64,000 nucleotides of DNA from positions 220 through 64,219 of the forward strand of contig MGTO01000065.1 in NCBI GenBank assembly GCA_001799485.1, written 5' to 3'. The stretch is from Desulfuromonadales bacterium GWC2_61_20. GTDB taxonomy: Bacteria > Desulfobacterota > Desulfuromonadia > Desulfuromonadales > UBA2197. The position numbers and the translations under genes are program-made. Shown one piece after another: positions 52,957-61,255 of the stretch (positions are counted from its first letter, which is position 1; every line of letters starts with the position of its first letter). The notes beneath the pieces are model-generated. The model made no database searches. It had not been told where the DNA came from and saw only the letters and a list, made by a program, of their open reading frames with translations.

Positions 52957-53727
52957 ATGGACCCCTTGATCCTCGCCGGACGCAAGTTCACCTCGCGCCT
53001 TCTGGTCGGTACCGGCAAATTCTCTTCCAACGCGGCGATGGTCGCGGCGATGGAAGCTTCGGGCTGCGAGATCGTCACCGTCGCCCTGCGCCGCGTCGAC
53101 ATCGACAACCCCAAGGACAGCATCCTCGCCCACATCGACCGGCAGAAGTACCTGCTGCTGCCCAACACCAGCGGCGCCCGCGATGCCGAAGAAGCGGTGC
53201 GTCTGGCCCGTCTCGCCCGCGCCGCCGGCTGCGAACCTTGGGTCAAGCTGGAGGTCACCCCCGACCCCTTCTATCTCCTCCCCGACCCCATCGAGACCTT
53301 CAAAGCCGCCGAGATTCTGGTCAAGGAGGGATTTATCGTTCTCCCCTACATCAACGCCGACCCGGTCCTGGCCAAGCGCCTGCAGGAGATCGGTGTCGCT
53401 ACGGTCATGCCGCTGGGCGCCCCCATCGGCACCAACAAGGGGCTCAAAACCCGCGAGCAGATCGCCATCATCATCGAGCAAGCCATCGTGCCGGTGGTGG
53501 TAGATGCCGGTCTCGGCGCCCCGAGTCATGCCGCCGAAGCGATGGAGATGGGCGCCGACTGCGTGCTGGTCAACACCGCCCTGGCCGTGGCCCGCGACCC
53601 GGGCGCCATGGGCGCCGCCTTCAAGAAGGGAGTCGAAGCCGGGCGGGAAGCCTATCTTGCGGGACTGGGCGAACAGCGCCAGCAGGCCGAGGCGAGCAGT
53701 CCGTTGACCGGTTTTTTGCACAGATGA
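52957..53727 (+). CDS. thiG: Thiazole synthase ThiG
   Basis: [74 protein letters not shown]. Confidence 0.95.
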   Translation: MDPLILAGRKFTSRLLVGTGKFSSNAAMVAAMEASGCEIVTVALRRVDIDNPKDSILAHIDRQKYLLLPNTSGARDAEEAVRLARLARAAGCEPWVKLEVTPDPFYLLPDPIETFKAAEILVKEGFIVLPYINADPVLAKRLQEIGVATVMPLGAPIGTNKGLKTREQIAIIIEQAIVPVVVDAGLGAPSHAAEAMEMGADCVLVNTALAVARDPGAMGAAFKKGVEAGREAYLAGLGEQRQQAEASSPLTGFLHR

Positions 53728-53730
53728 TAG

Positions 53731-53761
53731 GATCCGACGGATCGGACCGATCCGTCGGATC
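53731..53761. repeat. Perfect 31-nt palindrome containing four GATC sites (thiG-thiH spacer)
   Basis: GATCCGACGGATCGG-A-CCGATCCGTCGGATC: 15-bp arms around one central nucleotide. Confidence 0.9.
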
Positions 53762-53774
53762 AATGAGGACCTTT

Positions 53775-54893
53775 ATGCCCTTTTACGACGAAATCAGCAC
53801 CTACGACCCGCAGCGCCTCGAAGATGAAATTCTCGCTAAAACGTCCTCCGAGGTCGAACGCGCCCTGGCCACCCCTCATCTGCGTCTGGAGGAGTTCAAG
53901 GCCCTCCTCTCGCCGGCGGCGGCGAACTACCTGGAGCCGATGGCGCAACGCGCCCATCGGTTGACAGTGCAGCGCTTCGGCAAAACCATCCTCATGTACG
54001 CCCCTCTCTATCTCTCCAACGAGTGCAGCAATGGCTGTCGCTATTGCGGTTTCAATGCCGGCAATAAGATGGCGCGCCGCACCCTGACCCTGGACGAGAT
54101 CGCGACCGAGGCGCGGGTTCTGCATGAGCGCGGCTTCCGCCATCTATTGCTGGTCACCGGCGAGGCGCCGAAACTGGCGGACAACAAATATCTCTGTGCC
54201 GCCGTCGAACGCTTGCGGCCGCTCTTCTCCTCCATGAGCATCGAGGTTTACCCCATGGACCGAACCGGTTATGCTCAGGTCGTGACGAGCGGTGTCGACG
54301 GGCTGACCCTCTATCAGGAAACCTACGATCCTGCCCTCTACGCCGAGATGCACCCCTTCGGCAAGAAGCGCGACTACAACTTCCGCCTCGCCGCGCCGGA
54401 AGCGGCCGCCGCCGCCGGCATCCGCCGCATCGGCATCGGCGCCCTCCTCGGCCTCGGCAAGTTCCGCAACGAAGGCTTCTTCACCGGCCTCCATGCCCTC
54501 TATCTCGCCCGTCATTACTGGCGTACCCATCTCGCCGTCTCCTTCCCGCGCATGCGCCCGGCCGACGGCGGCTTCCAGCCCCTCCACCCGGTCCCCGACC
54601 GCGACTTCGTCCAGCTGATCTGCGCCCTGCGCCTCCTCCTCCCCGACGTCGGGCTGGTCATGTCGACCCGCGAGAGCGCCACCCTGCGCGACCATCTCCT
54701 GCCTTTGGGGATTACCCAGATGAGCGCCGGCAGTTGCACCTCGCCCGGGGGGTATGCCGAGCACGACGACAGCGGTCAGCAGTTCGTTATCGACGACGAT
54801 CGCAACCATCGCGAGGTCGCCGCGATGATCGCCCGCCAGGGCTACGAGCCGGTGTGGAAGGATTGGGATCCGGCCTTTCACCTGTCGGATTGA
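53775..54893 (+). CDS. thiH: 2-iminoacetate synthase ThiH (radical SAM tyrosine lyase)
   Basis: ATG 53775 preceded by GAGGA (alternative ATG 53763). PLYLSNECSNGCRYCGF radical SAM motif. About 372 aa. Located in the thi operon. Confidence 0.9.
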   Translation: MPFYDEISTYDPQRLEDEILAKTSSEVERALATPHLRLEEFKALLSPAAANYLEPMAQRAHRLTVQRFGKTILMYAPLYLSNECSNGCRYCGFNAGNKMARRTLTLDEIATEARVLHERGFRHLLLVTGEAPKLADNKYLCAAVERLRPLFSSMSIEVYPMDRTGYAQVVTSGVDGLTLYQETYDPALYAEMHPFGKKRDYNFRLAAPEAAAAAGIRRIGIGALLGLGKFRNEGFFTGLHALYLARHYWRTHLAVSFPRMRPADGGFQPLHPVPDRDFVQLICALRLLLPDVGLVMSTRESATLRDHLLPLGITQMSAGSCTSPGGYAEHDDSGQQFVIDDDRNHREVAAMIARQGYEPVWKDWDPAFHLSD

Positions 54894-54898
54894 TTTTT

Positions 54899-54948
54899 TA
54901 GGGGCGCGGCGGTGCCTCGCCCTGGGCAACCCACCGGGTTGTCCCTAC
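54899..54948. repeat. REP-like compound hairpin element (thiH-thiE spacer)
   Basis: TAGGGGCGCGGCGGTGCCTCGCCCTGGGCAACCCACCGGGTTGTCCCTAC. Shares the TAGGGGCG...TCGCCCTGGGC...CCCTAC frame with the element at 52888. Hairpin GGGCAACCC-ACC-GGGTTGTCC. Confidence 0.7.
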
Positions 54949-54956
54949 GGAGACCC

Positions 54957-55586
54957 ATGCCAAGCGTCGATTTCTCCCTCTACCTCATCACCGACCGCCA
55001 CCAGCTGCCAGCGGGCCGTACCCTGGGGGAAACGGTGCGGGCCGCCCTGGAAGGCGGGGTACGCGCCGTGCAGTTGCGGGAGAAAGATCTCGCCGCCGCC
55101 GAACTCTACCCCCTGGCGCGTGAGTTACGTGCCCTCACCCGCGCCTTCGGTGCCAAGCTGCTGGTTAATGACCGCGTCGATATCGCCCTCGCGGTCGAGG
55201 CCGACGGCGTCCACCTCGGCGGACACTCCCTGCCGATCGCCGTCTGCCGGACCCTCCTCGGCCCCGACAAGCTCCTCGGCGTCTCCACCCACCGCCTTGG
55301 CGAAATCGACGCGGCCGCCGGTGCCGGGGCCGACTTCGTCACCTTTGGCCCGGTCTATCCGACCCCCACCAAACTCCCTTTCGGCCCCCCCCTCGGACCA
55401 GAAGCCCTGGCCGCGGCCTGCGCAACGACGCCGCTCCCCCTCTTTGCCCTCGGCGGGATCGGCAAGGAGCAACTCCCCCCCCTGCGTCTGTCCGGTTGCT
55501 GCCGCGTCGCCGTGATTTCAGCCATTTTGACCGCCCCCGATCCGCGATCCTCCGCCAGCACCCTTCTCCGCCTCCTTGCCGATTAG
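54957..55586 (+). CDS. thiE: Thiamine-phosphate synthase ThiE
   Basis: Internal ATG at 54957. LYLITDR, VQLREKD, LLVNDRVDIALAVEADGVHLG, GVSTH, GADFVTFGPVYPTPTK, LFALGGI. Confidence 0.9.
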   Translation: MPSVDFSLYLITDRHQLPAGRTLGETVRAALEGGVRAVQLREKDLAAAELYPLARELRALTRAFGAKLLVNDRVDIALAVEADGVHLGGHSLPIAVCRTLLGPDKLLGVSTHRLGEIDAAAGAGADFVTFGPVYPTPTKLPFGPPLGPEALAAACATTPLPLFALGGIGKEQLPPLRLSGCCRVAVISAILTAPDPRSSASTLLRLLAD

Positions 55587-56020
55587 CGCACCCATGTTCT
55601 ATTTTTCAGATAACACTGTTTATTTTTAAAACTTATTTTCACTTTCTTCGCAAAATTACTGTCTTACGCCTGCCGCGCACCCCCCCCCAGCAGAATATTC
55701 CCTTATATTCCCTTACCTTAGCTCGACTGACCGCCCCCTTCCCGCCCCCTTCATCCGCCTCCTGACTCTTCCGCTCCGCACCGTTCTAGCAAAATTTACC
55801 ATTTAATTGCGAACACTTATGTATTTTCATCACATGCGTGAAAGAATCTTCTTGACAAAAATGAAACGTTATTACATTTTAACGCGCGTTTGGGACCAGC
55901 TTTTCACGCGAAGAAACACCCGTTCTTTCCCGCAAACAGCAGCATTTTTCAGTCTTTCCGGACACTCGGGTCATTACAGCGCGGCCCGTCATGTCCTACT
56001 TTCAACACAAGGAGCGCGCA

Positions 56021-56329
56021 ATGGCACAGAAAACGTACGACTGGGCGGCCATCGCCAAGGACCCGCGGTTCATCGAACTGCACGAGAGAAAGACCCGTTT
56101 CCTCTTTGGCTGGTGGATTTTCTCCACGGCCTACTACTTCCTGCTGCCGATCGGCGCAGCCTACGCCCCGGACCTGTTCAAGATCCAGGTTCTCGGCCGC
56201 GTCAACTTCGGCTATGCCTTCGCCCTCTCCCAGTTTTTCGTCTCCTGGGGTCTGGCGATGTACTACGCCAAGGTGGCCAATCGCGATTTCGACCGGATGA
56301 CCCGTGAACTGGTCCAGGAACTCGGTTAA
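56021..56329 (+). CDS. DUF485 (YjcH-like) inner membrane protein
   Basis: ATG 56021, 6 nt after AAGGAG. Two TM helices. KDPRFIELHERKTRFLFGWWIF is typical of YjcH. Sits immediately upstream of actP. Confidence 0.85.
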   Translation: MAQKTYDWAAIAKDPRFIELHERKTRFLFGWWIFSTAYYFLLPIGAAYAPDLFKIQVLGRVNFGYAFALSQFFVSWGLAMYYAKVANRDFDRMTRELVQELG

Positions 56330-56348
56330 GAGAGAGGATAATCAATCA

Positions 56349-58208
56349 ATGAAGAAGCTCATCACCATCCTGGCTGTGGCCTTGCTGGCCACGCCGAGTC
56401 TGGCTCTGGCCGCCAACACCCTCAAGGCCAACCCTTACGTCACCCTGCCGATCTTCGGGATCATCATCGCCGTCACCATGGGTGTCGTCATTTGGTCGGC
56501 CAAGAAGACCAAGTCGGCCGCCGACTTTTACACCGCCGGTGGCGGCATCACCGGCACCCAGAACGGCTGGGCCATCGCCGGCGACTACATGTCGGCCGCC
56601 TCGTTTCTCGGCATCTCCGGCATGATCTCCCTCTATGGCTATGACGGCTTCATGTACTCGGTCGGCTGGCTCGTCGCCTACATCACCGTCCTCCTCATCG
56701 TCGCCGAGCCGTGCCGCAACGCCGGCAAGTACACCCTGGGCGACATCCTCTCCTTCCGCACCGAACCGAAGCCGGTTCGCGCCGTCGCCGCCGTCGCCAC
56801 CGTCGCCGTCTCGACCTTCTACCTGACCGCGCAGATGGTCGGCGCCGGCAAACTGATGCAGCTCCTCCTCGGCATCCAGTACACCTACGCCATCGTCGGC
56901 GTTGGCATCCTCATGGTCGGTTACGTCGTCTTCGGCGGCATGACCGCCACCACCTGGGTGCAGATCATCAAGGCCGGCCTCCTCATGACCGGCGCCTTTG
57001 TCCTCTCGATTCTGGTCGCCATCAAGTCGGGGATGAACCCGATGCGCTTTTTCGAGGATATCGCCACCAGCCCGTACATTATCGATCATGTCAAACTGCT
57101 GCCGATCTACCTGCGTGAACTCGAAGGCGGCAAGGCGACCCTGGACGCCGGCCAGCGCTTCCTCGAGCCGGGGCTGTTCCTGACCAACCCCCTCGACCAG
57201 ATCTCCCTCGGCATGGCCCTGGTTCTCGGCACCGCCGGCATGCCGCATATCCTCATGCGCTTCTTCACCGTGCCGACCGCCCAGGCGGCGCGCAAGTCGG
57301 TCATCGTGGCGATGTTCATCATCGGCTCCTTCTACATCCTCACCACCCTCCTCGGCTTCGGCGCCGCCATCCACGTCACGCCGCAGGGGATCCAGGCCGT
57401 CGACAAGGGCGGCAACATGGCGGCGATGATGTTGGCCCAGCAGCTCGGCGGCGAGTTCTCGCCCTTCCTCGGCGACCTCCTCCTCGCCTTCCTCTGCGCC
57501 GTCGCCTTCGCCACCATCCTCGCCGTCGTCTCGGGCCTGGTTCTGGCCGCGTCCGCCGCCATCGCCCATGACATCTACGTCAACGTCATCAAGGACGGCC
57601 ACGCCGACCAGCACGAGCAGGTCATGGCCGCCCGCATCACCTCCCTCTGCGTCGGCACCGCCGGTATCATCATCGGCATCGCCGCCGAGAAGCAGAACGT
57701 CGCCCATCTGGTCGCCCTGGCCTTCGCCGTCGCCTCCTCGGGCAACTTGCCGGTCGTCGTTCTCTCTCTCTTCTGGCGCAAGATGAACACCGCCGGCGTC
57801 ATCGCCGGTCTGGTCGTCGGCACCATCGTCTCCATCGGCCTGGTCATGGTCTCCCCCAACATGACTTACCCGGAGAAGGTTGCCGACAACGCCAAGAAGG
57901 CTTACACCAAGCTGGAGGGCGACATCGCCGCCGGCAAGGTTGCGCCGGAAGCGATGGACAAGACGGTCAAGACCATCGAGGCCAAAAAGGCGGAAGAGAC
58001 CGCCAATCGCGGCGGCACCTCGATGCTCGGCCTGAAAAAGGAACTCTTCCCGCTGAAGAACCCCGGCATCGTTTCGATCCCGGTCGGCTTCCTCGCCGCC
58101 ATCCTCGCGGCGCTGGTTTTCCCCAGCCGGCGTTCGGAAGAGATGTTCGACGAAGTCTATGTCCGCCAGAACACCGGCCTCGGTATGGCCAAAGCGATCG
58201 ACCACTGA
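56349..58208 (+). CDS. actP: Cation/acetate symporter ActP (SSS family)
   Basis: ATG 56349. DFYTAGGGITGTQNGWAIAGDYMSAASFLGISG, TAQMVGAGKL, GTAGMPHILMRFFTV, AFATILAVVSGL closely parallel E. coli ActP. Confidence 0.9.
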   Translation: MKKLITILAVALLATPSLALAANTLKANPYVTLPIFGIIIAVTMGVVIWSAKKTKSAADFYTAGGGITGTQNGWAIAGDYMSAASFLGISGMISLYGYDGFMYSVGWLVAYITVLLIVAEPCRNAGKYTLGDILSFRTEPKPVRAVAAVATVAVSTFYLTAQMVGAGKLMQLLLGIQYTYAIVGVGILMVGYVVFGGMTATTWVQIIKAGLLMTGAFVLSILVAIKSGMNPMRFFEDIATSPYIIDHVKLLPIYLRELEGGKATLDAGQRFLEPGLFLTNPLDQISLGMALVLGTAGMPHILMRFFTVPTAQAARKSVIVAMFIIGSFYILTTLLGFGAAIHVTPQGIQAVDKGGNMAAMMLAQQLGGEFSPFLGDLLLAFLCAVAFATILAVVSGLVLAASAAIAHDIYVNVIKDGHADQHEQVMAARITSLCVGTAGIIIGIAAEKQNVAHLVALAFAVASSGNLPVVVLSLFWRKMNTAGVIAGLVVGTIVSIGLVMVSPNMTYPEKVADNAKKAYTKLEGDIAAGKVAPEAMDKTVKTIEAKKAEETANRGGTSMLGLKKELFPLKNPGIVSIPVGFLAAILAALVFPSRRSEEMFDEVYVRQNTGLGMAKAIDH

Positions 58209-58234
58209 TTATTTGCTCAGCTTTGTGCTAGGAT

Positions 58235-58265
58235 GGGGAAGGCCTTTGGCCTTCCCCATTTTTTT
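58235..58265 (+). terminator. Rho-independent terminator after actP
   Basis: GGGGAAGGCC-TTT-GGCCTTCCCC followed by ATTTTTTT. Confidence 0.8.
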
Positions 58266-58296
58266 ACCCCGTCATCTTGCCACGAGGAACCCAGCA

Positions 58297-59520
58297 ATGC
58301 CCCAGCGCCGGACTGTGCCCTCTCCCCCACGGGCATTTGTGGAGCAGTTCCAGAGGCAGGTCACCGACTTCCTCAGCCGTCTCGATCGCCCTGAAAGCAG
58401 TCAGCTCCTCGCCGCGCTGAAGGTCCATACCGAGCAGGAAATGGCGGCCATCGCGGCGTTTGAAGGCCGCCGCGCGACGTACCTTGAGGCGATCGCAACG
58501 ACCAGTGACTACCCCGGTTTGCGCCGCCTCGAGGAGGCCCTGGCCACCCTCGAGGCGGAGCGTTTCCTCCTCTATCGCTCAGTGCCGGGGCTGCACCATG
58601 GCTGCACCGAATACCGCGATCGCCTCGCCGCCCGCACCCTGCAACTGGTCGAGGACGAAGTTGCCGTCCTCGGCCTCGGCCCGGCGCCGTGCCGCTATGC
58701 CCTGGTCAGCATGGGGAGTGACGGCCGCGGCGAGCAGACCTTGATTACCGACCAGGATTACCTCATCGTCCATGAAGACGGCAATGCCGTCGTCGATGAC
58801 TATTTCCGGCGCTTTTCCGAACTTTTGGTCGAGCGTCTCGCCGCCGTCGGCTTCAAGAAATGCACCGGCGACATCATGCCGTCCAACCCGACCTGGCGCG
58901 GCTCCATCAGCCAGTGGCGGCAACGTCTCAACGCCATCGTCCGTTATGAATTCGACGAATATGCGAAAAACCTCATGGACCTCATCGTCCTCTCCGACGC
59001 CCGCTACGTTGCCGGCGACCGGACCCTTGCCGAGAATCAGATCGAATCGATCCGCGAGTTCGAACAGGGCTATTTCCAGGTCATCTGGGGGATGGCCAAG
59101 GCGGCGGCAGAGATGAAGGTCGGGCTGAGATCCTTCGGCCGCATCTGGACCGATCCCAAGGGGGAATACAAGGGCCTGTTCAACGTCAAGCTCCTCGGCT
59201 GGGCGCCCCTGGTCATGAACGTGCGTATCCTCGCCGTCAACCTCGGCCTCGCGGCGACCAGCACCCTGCAACGACTGGAACTGCTGGAAGAACGGAAGAG
59301 TCTTTCCCCGGGGAGTGCCGCCGCCCTCCGGGAGGCCTACCATGTCCTCACCCGCCACCGCATCCTGCTGCAGATCCGCTATCTCAAGGGGGAACAGACG
59401 GAGTCCTATCACCTCGACCCGAAAAACCTGAGCAAGGACGAGCGCGAGGAGTTGCGTCAGGCCCTGGTCAGCATCGAGGAATTGCAGACGGTCATCCGCA
59501 CCAATTTTTCCATCCTCTGA
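58297..59520 (+). CDS. DUF294-type (GlnD-like Pol-beta fold) nucleotidyltransferase with DUF294_C domain, no cNMP/CBS sensor domains
   Basis: Internal ATG 58297. NTase motif YALVSMGSDGRGEQTLITDQDYLIVHED. CTGDIMPSNPTWRGSISQWRQR, LSDARYVAGD, FNVKLLGWAPLV, STLQRLELL. Confidence 0.75.
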   Translation: MPQRRTVPSPPRAFVEQFQRQVTDFLSRLDRPESSQLLAALKVHTEQEMAAIAAFEGRRATYLEAIATTSDYPGLRRLEEALATLEAERFLLYRSVPGLHHGCTEYRDRLAARTLQLVEDEVAVLGLGPAPCRYALVSMGSDGRGEQTLITDQDYLIVHEDGNAVVDDYFRRFSELLVERLAAVGFKKCTGDIMPSNPTWRGSISQWRQRLNAIVRYEFDEYAKNLMDLIVLSDARYVAGDRTLAENQIESIREFEQGYFQVIWGMAKAAAEMKVGLRSFGRIWTDPKGEYKGLFNVKLLGWAPLVMNVRILAVNLGLAATSTLQRLELLEERKSLSPGSAAALREAYHVLTRHRILLQIRYLKGEQTESYHLDPKNLSKDEREELRQALVSIEELQTVIRTNFSIL

Positions 59521-59527
59521 GCGGCCG

Positions 59528-59809
59528 ATGAAACAACCTGGAAAGGACGACGCCATGACCGCCCCGAAGCCGCCACAAAAATCGTTACTGGCACGCATCT
59601 TCTCCATCGAGGGATTCCTCGTCCTCGCCGGGCTTGCCCTTCTGGTCGTCGGCCTGGCGACCGGGGAGGTCATTGCCATCTTCTGGGGCGTGCTGGCCCT
59701 GGCCGGCCAGGTCGCCCTTTACTTCGTGCGCAAACGTGACTGGCAAGCCCACTGGGCCAGCATCGAAGAGCAACAGCGCCAGCAGCAAAAGCCCAAAGAC
59801 GAGCTTTGA
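59528..59809 (+). CDS. Small 2-TM membrane protein, hypothetical
   Basis: ATG 59528, 7 nt after the NTase stop. Two hydrophobic helices (GFLVLAGLALLVVGLATG, VIAIFWGVLALAGQVALYFV) and a charged Q/E/K tail. Confidence 0.5.
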   Translation: MKQPGKDDAMTAPKPPQKSLLARIFSIEGFLVLAGLALLVVGLATGEVIAIFWGVLALAGQVALYFVRKRDWQAHWASIEEQQRQQQKPKDEL

Positions 59810-59848
59810 CCACCCCCGAGTCGCAACCCAGAATCCGGAGATAAACCG

Positions 59849-60307
59849 ATGGCACAGCCGACCTTCCAGCGCGTCAAACGTCTGACCCTCATCTACCTGG
59901 CCATCCAGATCTTTCTCCTGGCCCTACTGGTAGTGATGGCCTTCCAGTTCCAGGCCGTCTTCCGCGCCAAGGGGGTGCCCCAGGTCTTTGTCAACAGCAT
60001 CGTTGCCGGCGTCGTCCTGCAACTTGTCGCCTTTTACCCCCTCAAACGCCTGGCCGAGAAGGAAGCCTTCCGGGAAGTCGGAGCCGACGCCGGAACCCTT
60101 ACGCCGGAGGAGCAGAAGGGGTTGCGCCACCATCGCATGTTCTACGATTTCGGCAAGGCAACGATCTTCCTCTTTTTTGCCGCTTTCATCATCCTCGCCC
60201 CGGCGGTCACTTTCGTCATGAGCACCATCTATTTCAGCTTTCTCCTCATCGCCCTGACCTATTTTCAGTGTTTCAACTTTGCCGTACGCCGGGCAATAAA
60301 AGGATAA
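59849..60307 (+). CDS. 4-TM membrane protein, hypothetical
   Basis: ATG 59849 after GGAG. Four hydrophobic helices separated by a charged loop (KRLAEKEAFREVGADAGTLTPEEQKGLRHHRMF). Confidence 0.55.
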   Translation: MAQPTFQRVKRLTLIYLAIQIFLLALLVVMAFQFQAVFRAKGVPQVFVNSIVAGVVLQLVAFYPLKRLAEKEAFREVGADAGTLTPEEQKGLRHHRMFYDFGKATIFLFFAAFIILAPAVTFVMSTIYFSFLLIALTYFQCFNFAVRRAIKG

Positions 60308-60326
60308 GTCGCACCACGTTGCGAAC

Positions 60327-60362
60327 AAAAAAGCCCCCGGCGTTCTCGCCGGGGGCTTTTTT
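60327..60362. terminator. Bidirectional-looking rho-independent terminator
   Basis: AAAAAA-GCCCCCGG-CGTTCTCG-CCGGGGGC-TTTTTT. Confidence 0.85.
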
Positions 60363-60618
60363 GTTTCAGTAGATTTTTTCGCGATAAGCGGGAACGGCGG
60401 CGACGTGCGCTGCCGAGGTGATACCCGGCGGCCCGCCCGCGCCGCGACGGCCCGACCGATATGGTTGAGAAAGACCGGTTGCTCCAGGAGCTGTTCATGG
60501 GTGAGCGTTGCCGCCACTCGCGACGAGTGTCAAGACGCAACCGGCCAGGAGGGTCTTTCGACCTTGCATTTTCCCCCCGCCCTCGTTATCTTCGCAGCAC
60601 TTTTTCTCGGGAGGCGAC

Positions 60619-61224
60619 ATGGATCTGCTGCTCTTGCTCGATCTCGTCGGTACCGCCGCCTTTGCCGCCTCGGGCGCCTGGTCCGGGGTCAAGCGGGAGA
60701 TGGATCTTTTCGGCGTTCTGGTCCTCGGCCTGGTCACCGCCACCGGCGGCGGCACCCTGCGCGATCTCCTCATCGGCGACATCCCGCCTTTCTGCCTGCA
60801 GCACGAAAGCTACCTCTATATCTCCATCGCGGCGGCCCTGGCGGTCTTTTTCGGTCACCGCCGGCTCAACCGCTGGCAGCAGCCATTGCAATTCTTCGAT
60901 GCCATCGGCCTCGGCACCTTTGTCATCATCGGCACCGGCAAGGGCCTGACCTACGGCCTCGGCCCCCTGGGTGCGGTCATGATGGGGGTGATGACCGCAA
61001 CGGCCGGCGGTGCCCTGCGCGACCTCCTCTCGGGCGAAGTCCCCCTGATCCTGCGCAAGGAGATCTACGCCAGCGCCTGCCTCGTCGGAGGGGCTCTGCT
61101 GGTGACCCTGCGGCACACGCCTCTCTCCCCCCCGCTTGCCGCCCTTGTCGCCGCCCTGACGGTCATCGCCATTCGCCTCCTCGCTCTCCGTTATGACTGG
61201 TCGCTACCGCGCGCCCGCAGCTGA
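60619..61224 (+). CDS. Trimeric intracellular cation channel family protein (UPF0126/YadS-like)
   Basis: Internal ATG 60619. Duplicated motif GVLVLGLVTATGGGTLRDLL / GAVMMGVMTATAGGALRDLL. Confidence 0.85.
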   Translation: MDLLLLLDLVGTAAFAASGAWSGVKREMDLFGVLVLGLVTATGGGTLRDLLIGDIPPFCLQHESYLYISIAAALAVFFGHRRLNRWQQPLQFFDAIGLGTFVIIGTGKGLTYGLGPLGAVMMGVMTATAGGALRDLLSGEVPLILRKEIYASACLVGGALLVTLRHTPLSPPLAALVAALTVIAIRLLALRYDWSLPRARS

Positions 61225-61255
61225 CAACCTCGCCATCTGGCCAGAAGGAGCCTCC

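Noticed and set aside
52660-53763. 367-codon minus-strand ORF, and 56346..58205 / 58579..59679 minus-strand ORFs.
   Set aside because: They are antisense shadows of thiS-thiG, actP and the DUF294 gene, with Gly/Asp/Arg-rich low-complexity products.
55695-55751. Tandem decamers ATATTCCCTT x2 and CGCCCCCTTC x2 in the thiE-DUF485 spacer, considered as a mini CRISPR or iteron array.
   Set aside because: There are only two copies each, with no spacers of unique sequence and no cas or rep genes. They are probably incidental or simple operator half-sites. A sigma-54 type GG-N10-GC promoter was also looked for here and not convincingly found. TTGACA at 55852-55857 lacks a good -10 at proper spacing.
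58297-60307. Reading the NTase plus 2-TM/4-TM genes as a CBASS-like anti-phage operon.
   Set aside because: The NTase matches DUF294/GlnD-like blocks (with the DUF294_C domain) rather than a CD-NTase/cGAS-like fold. It sits in the well-known actP neighbourhood. There is no Cap2/Cap3, phospholipase, endonuclease or other defence hallmark nearby. It is kept only as an architectural oddity.
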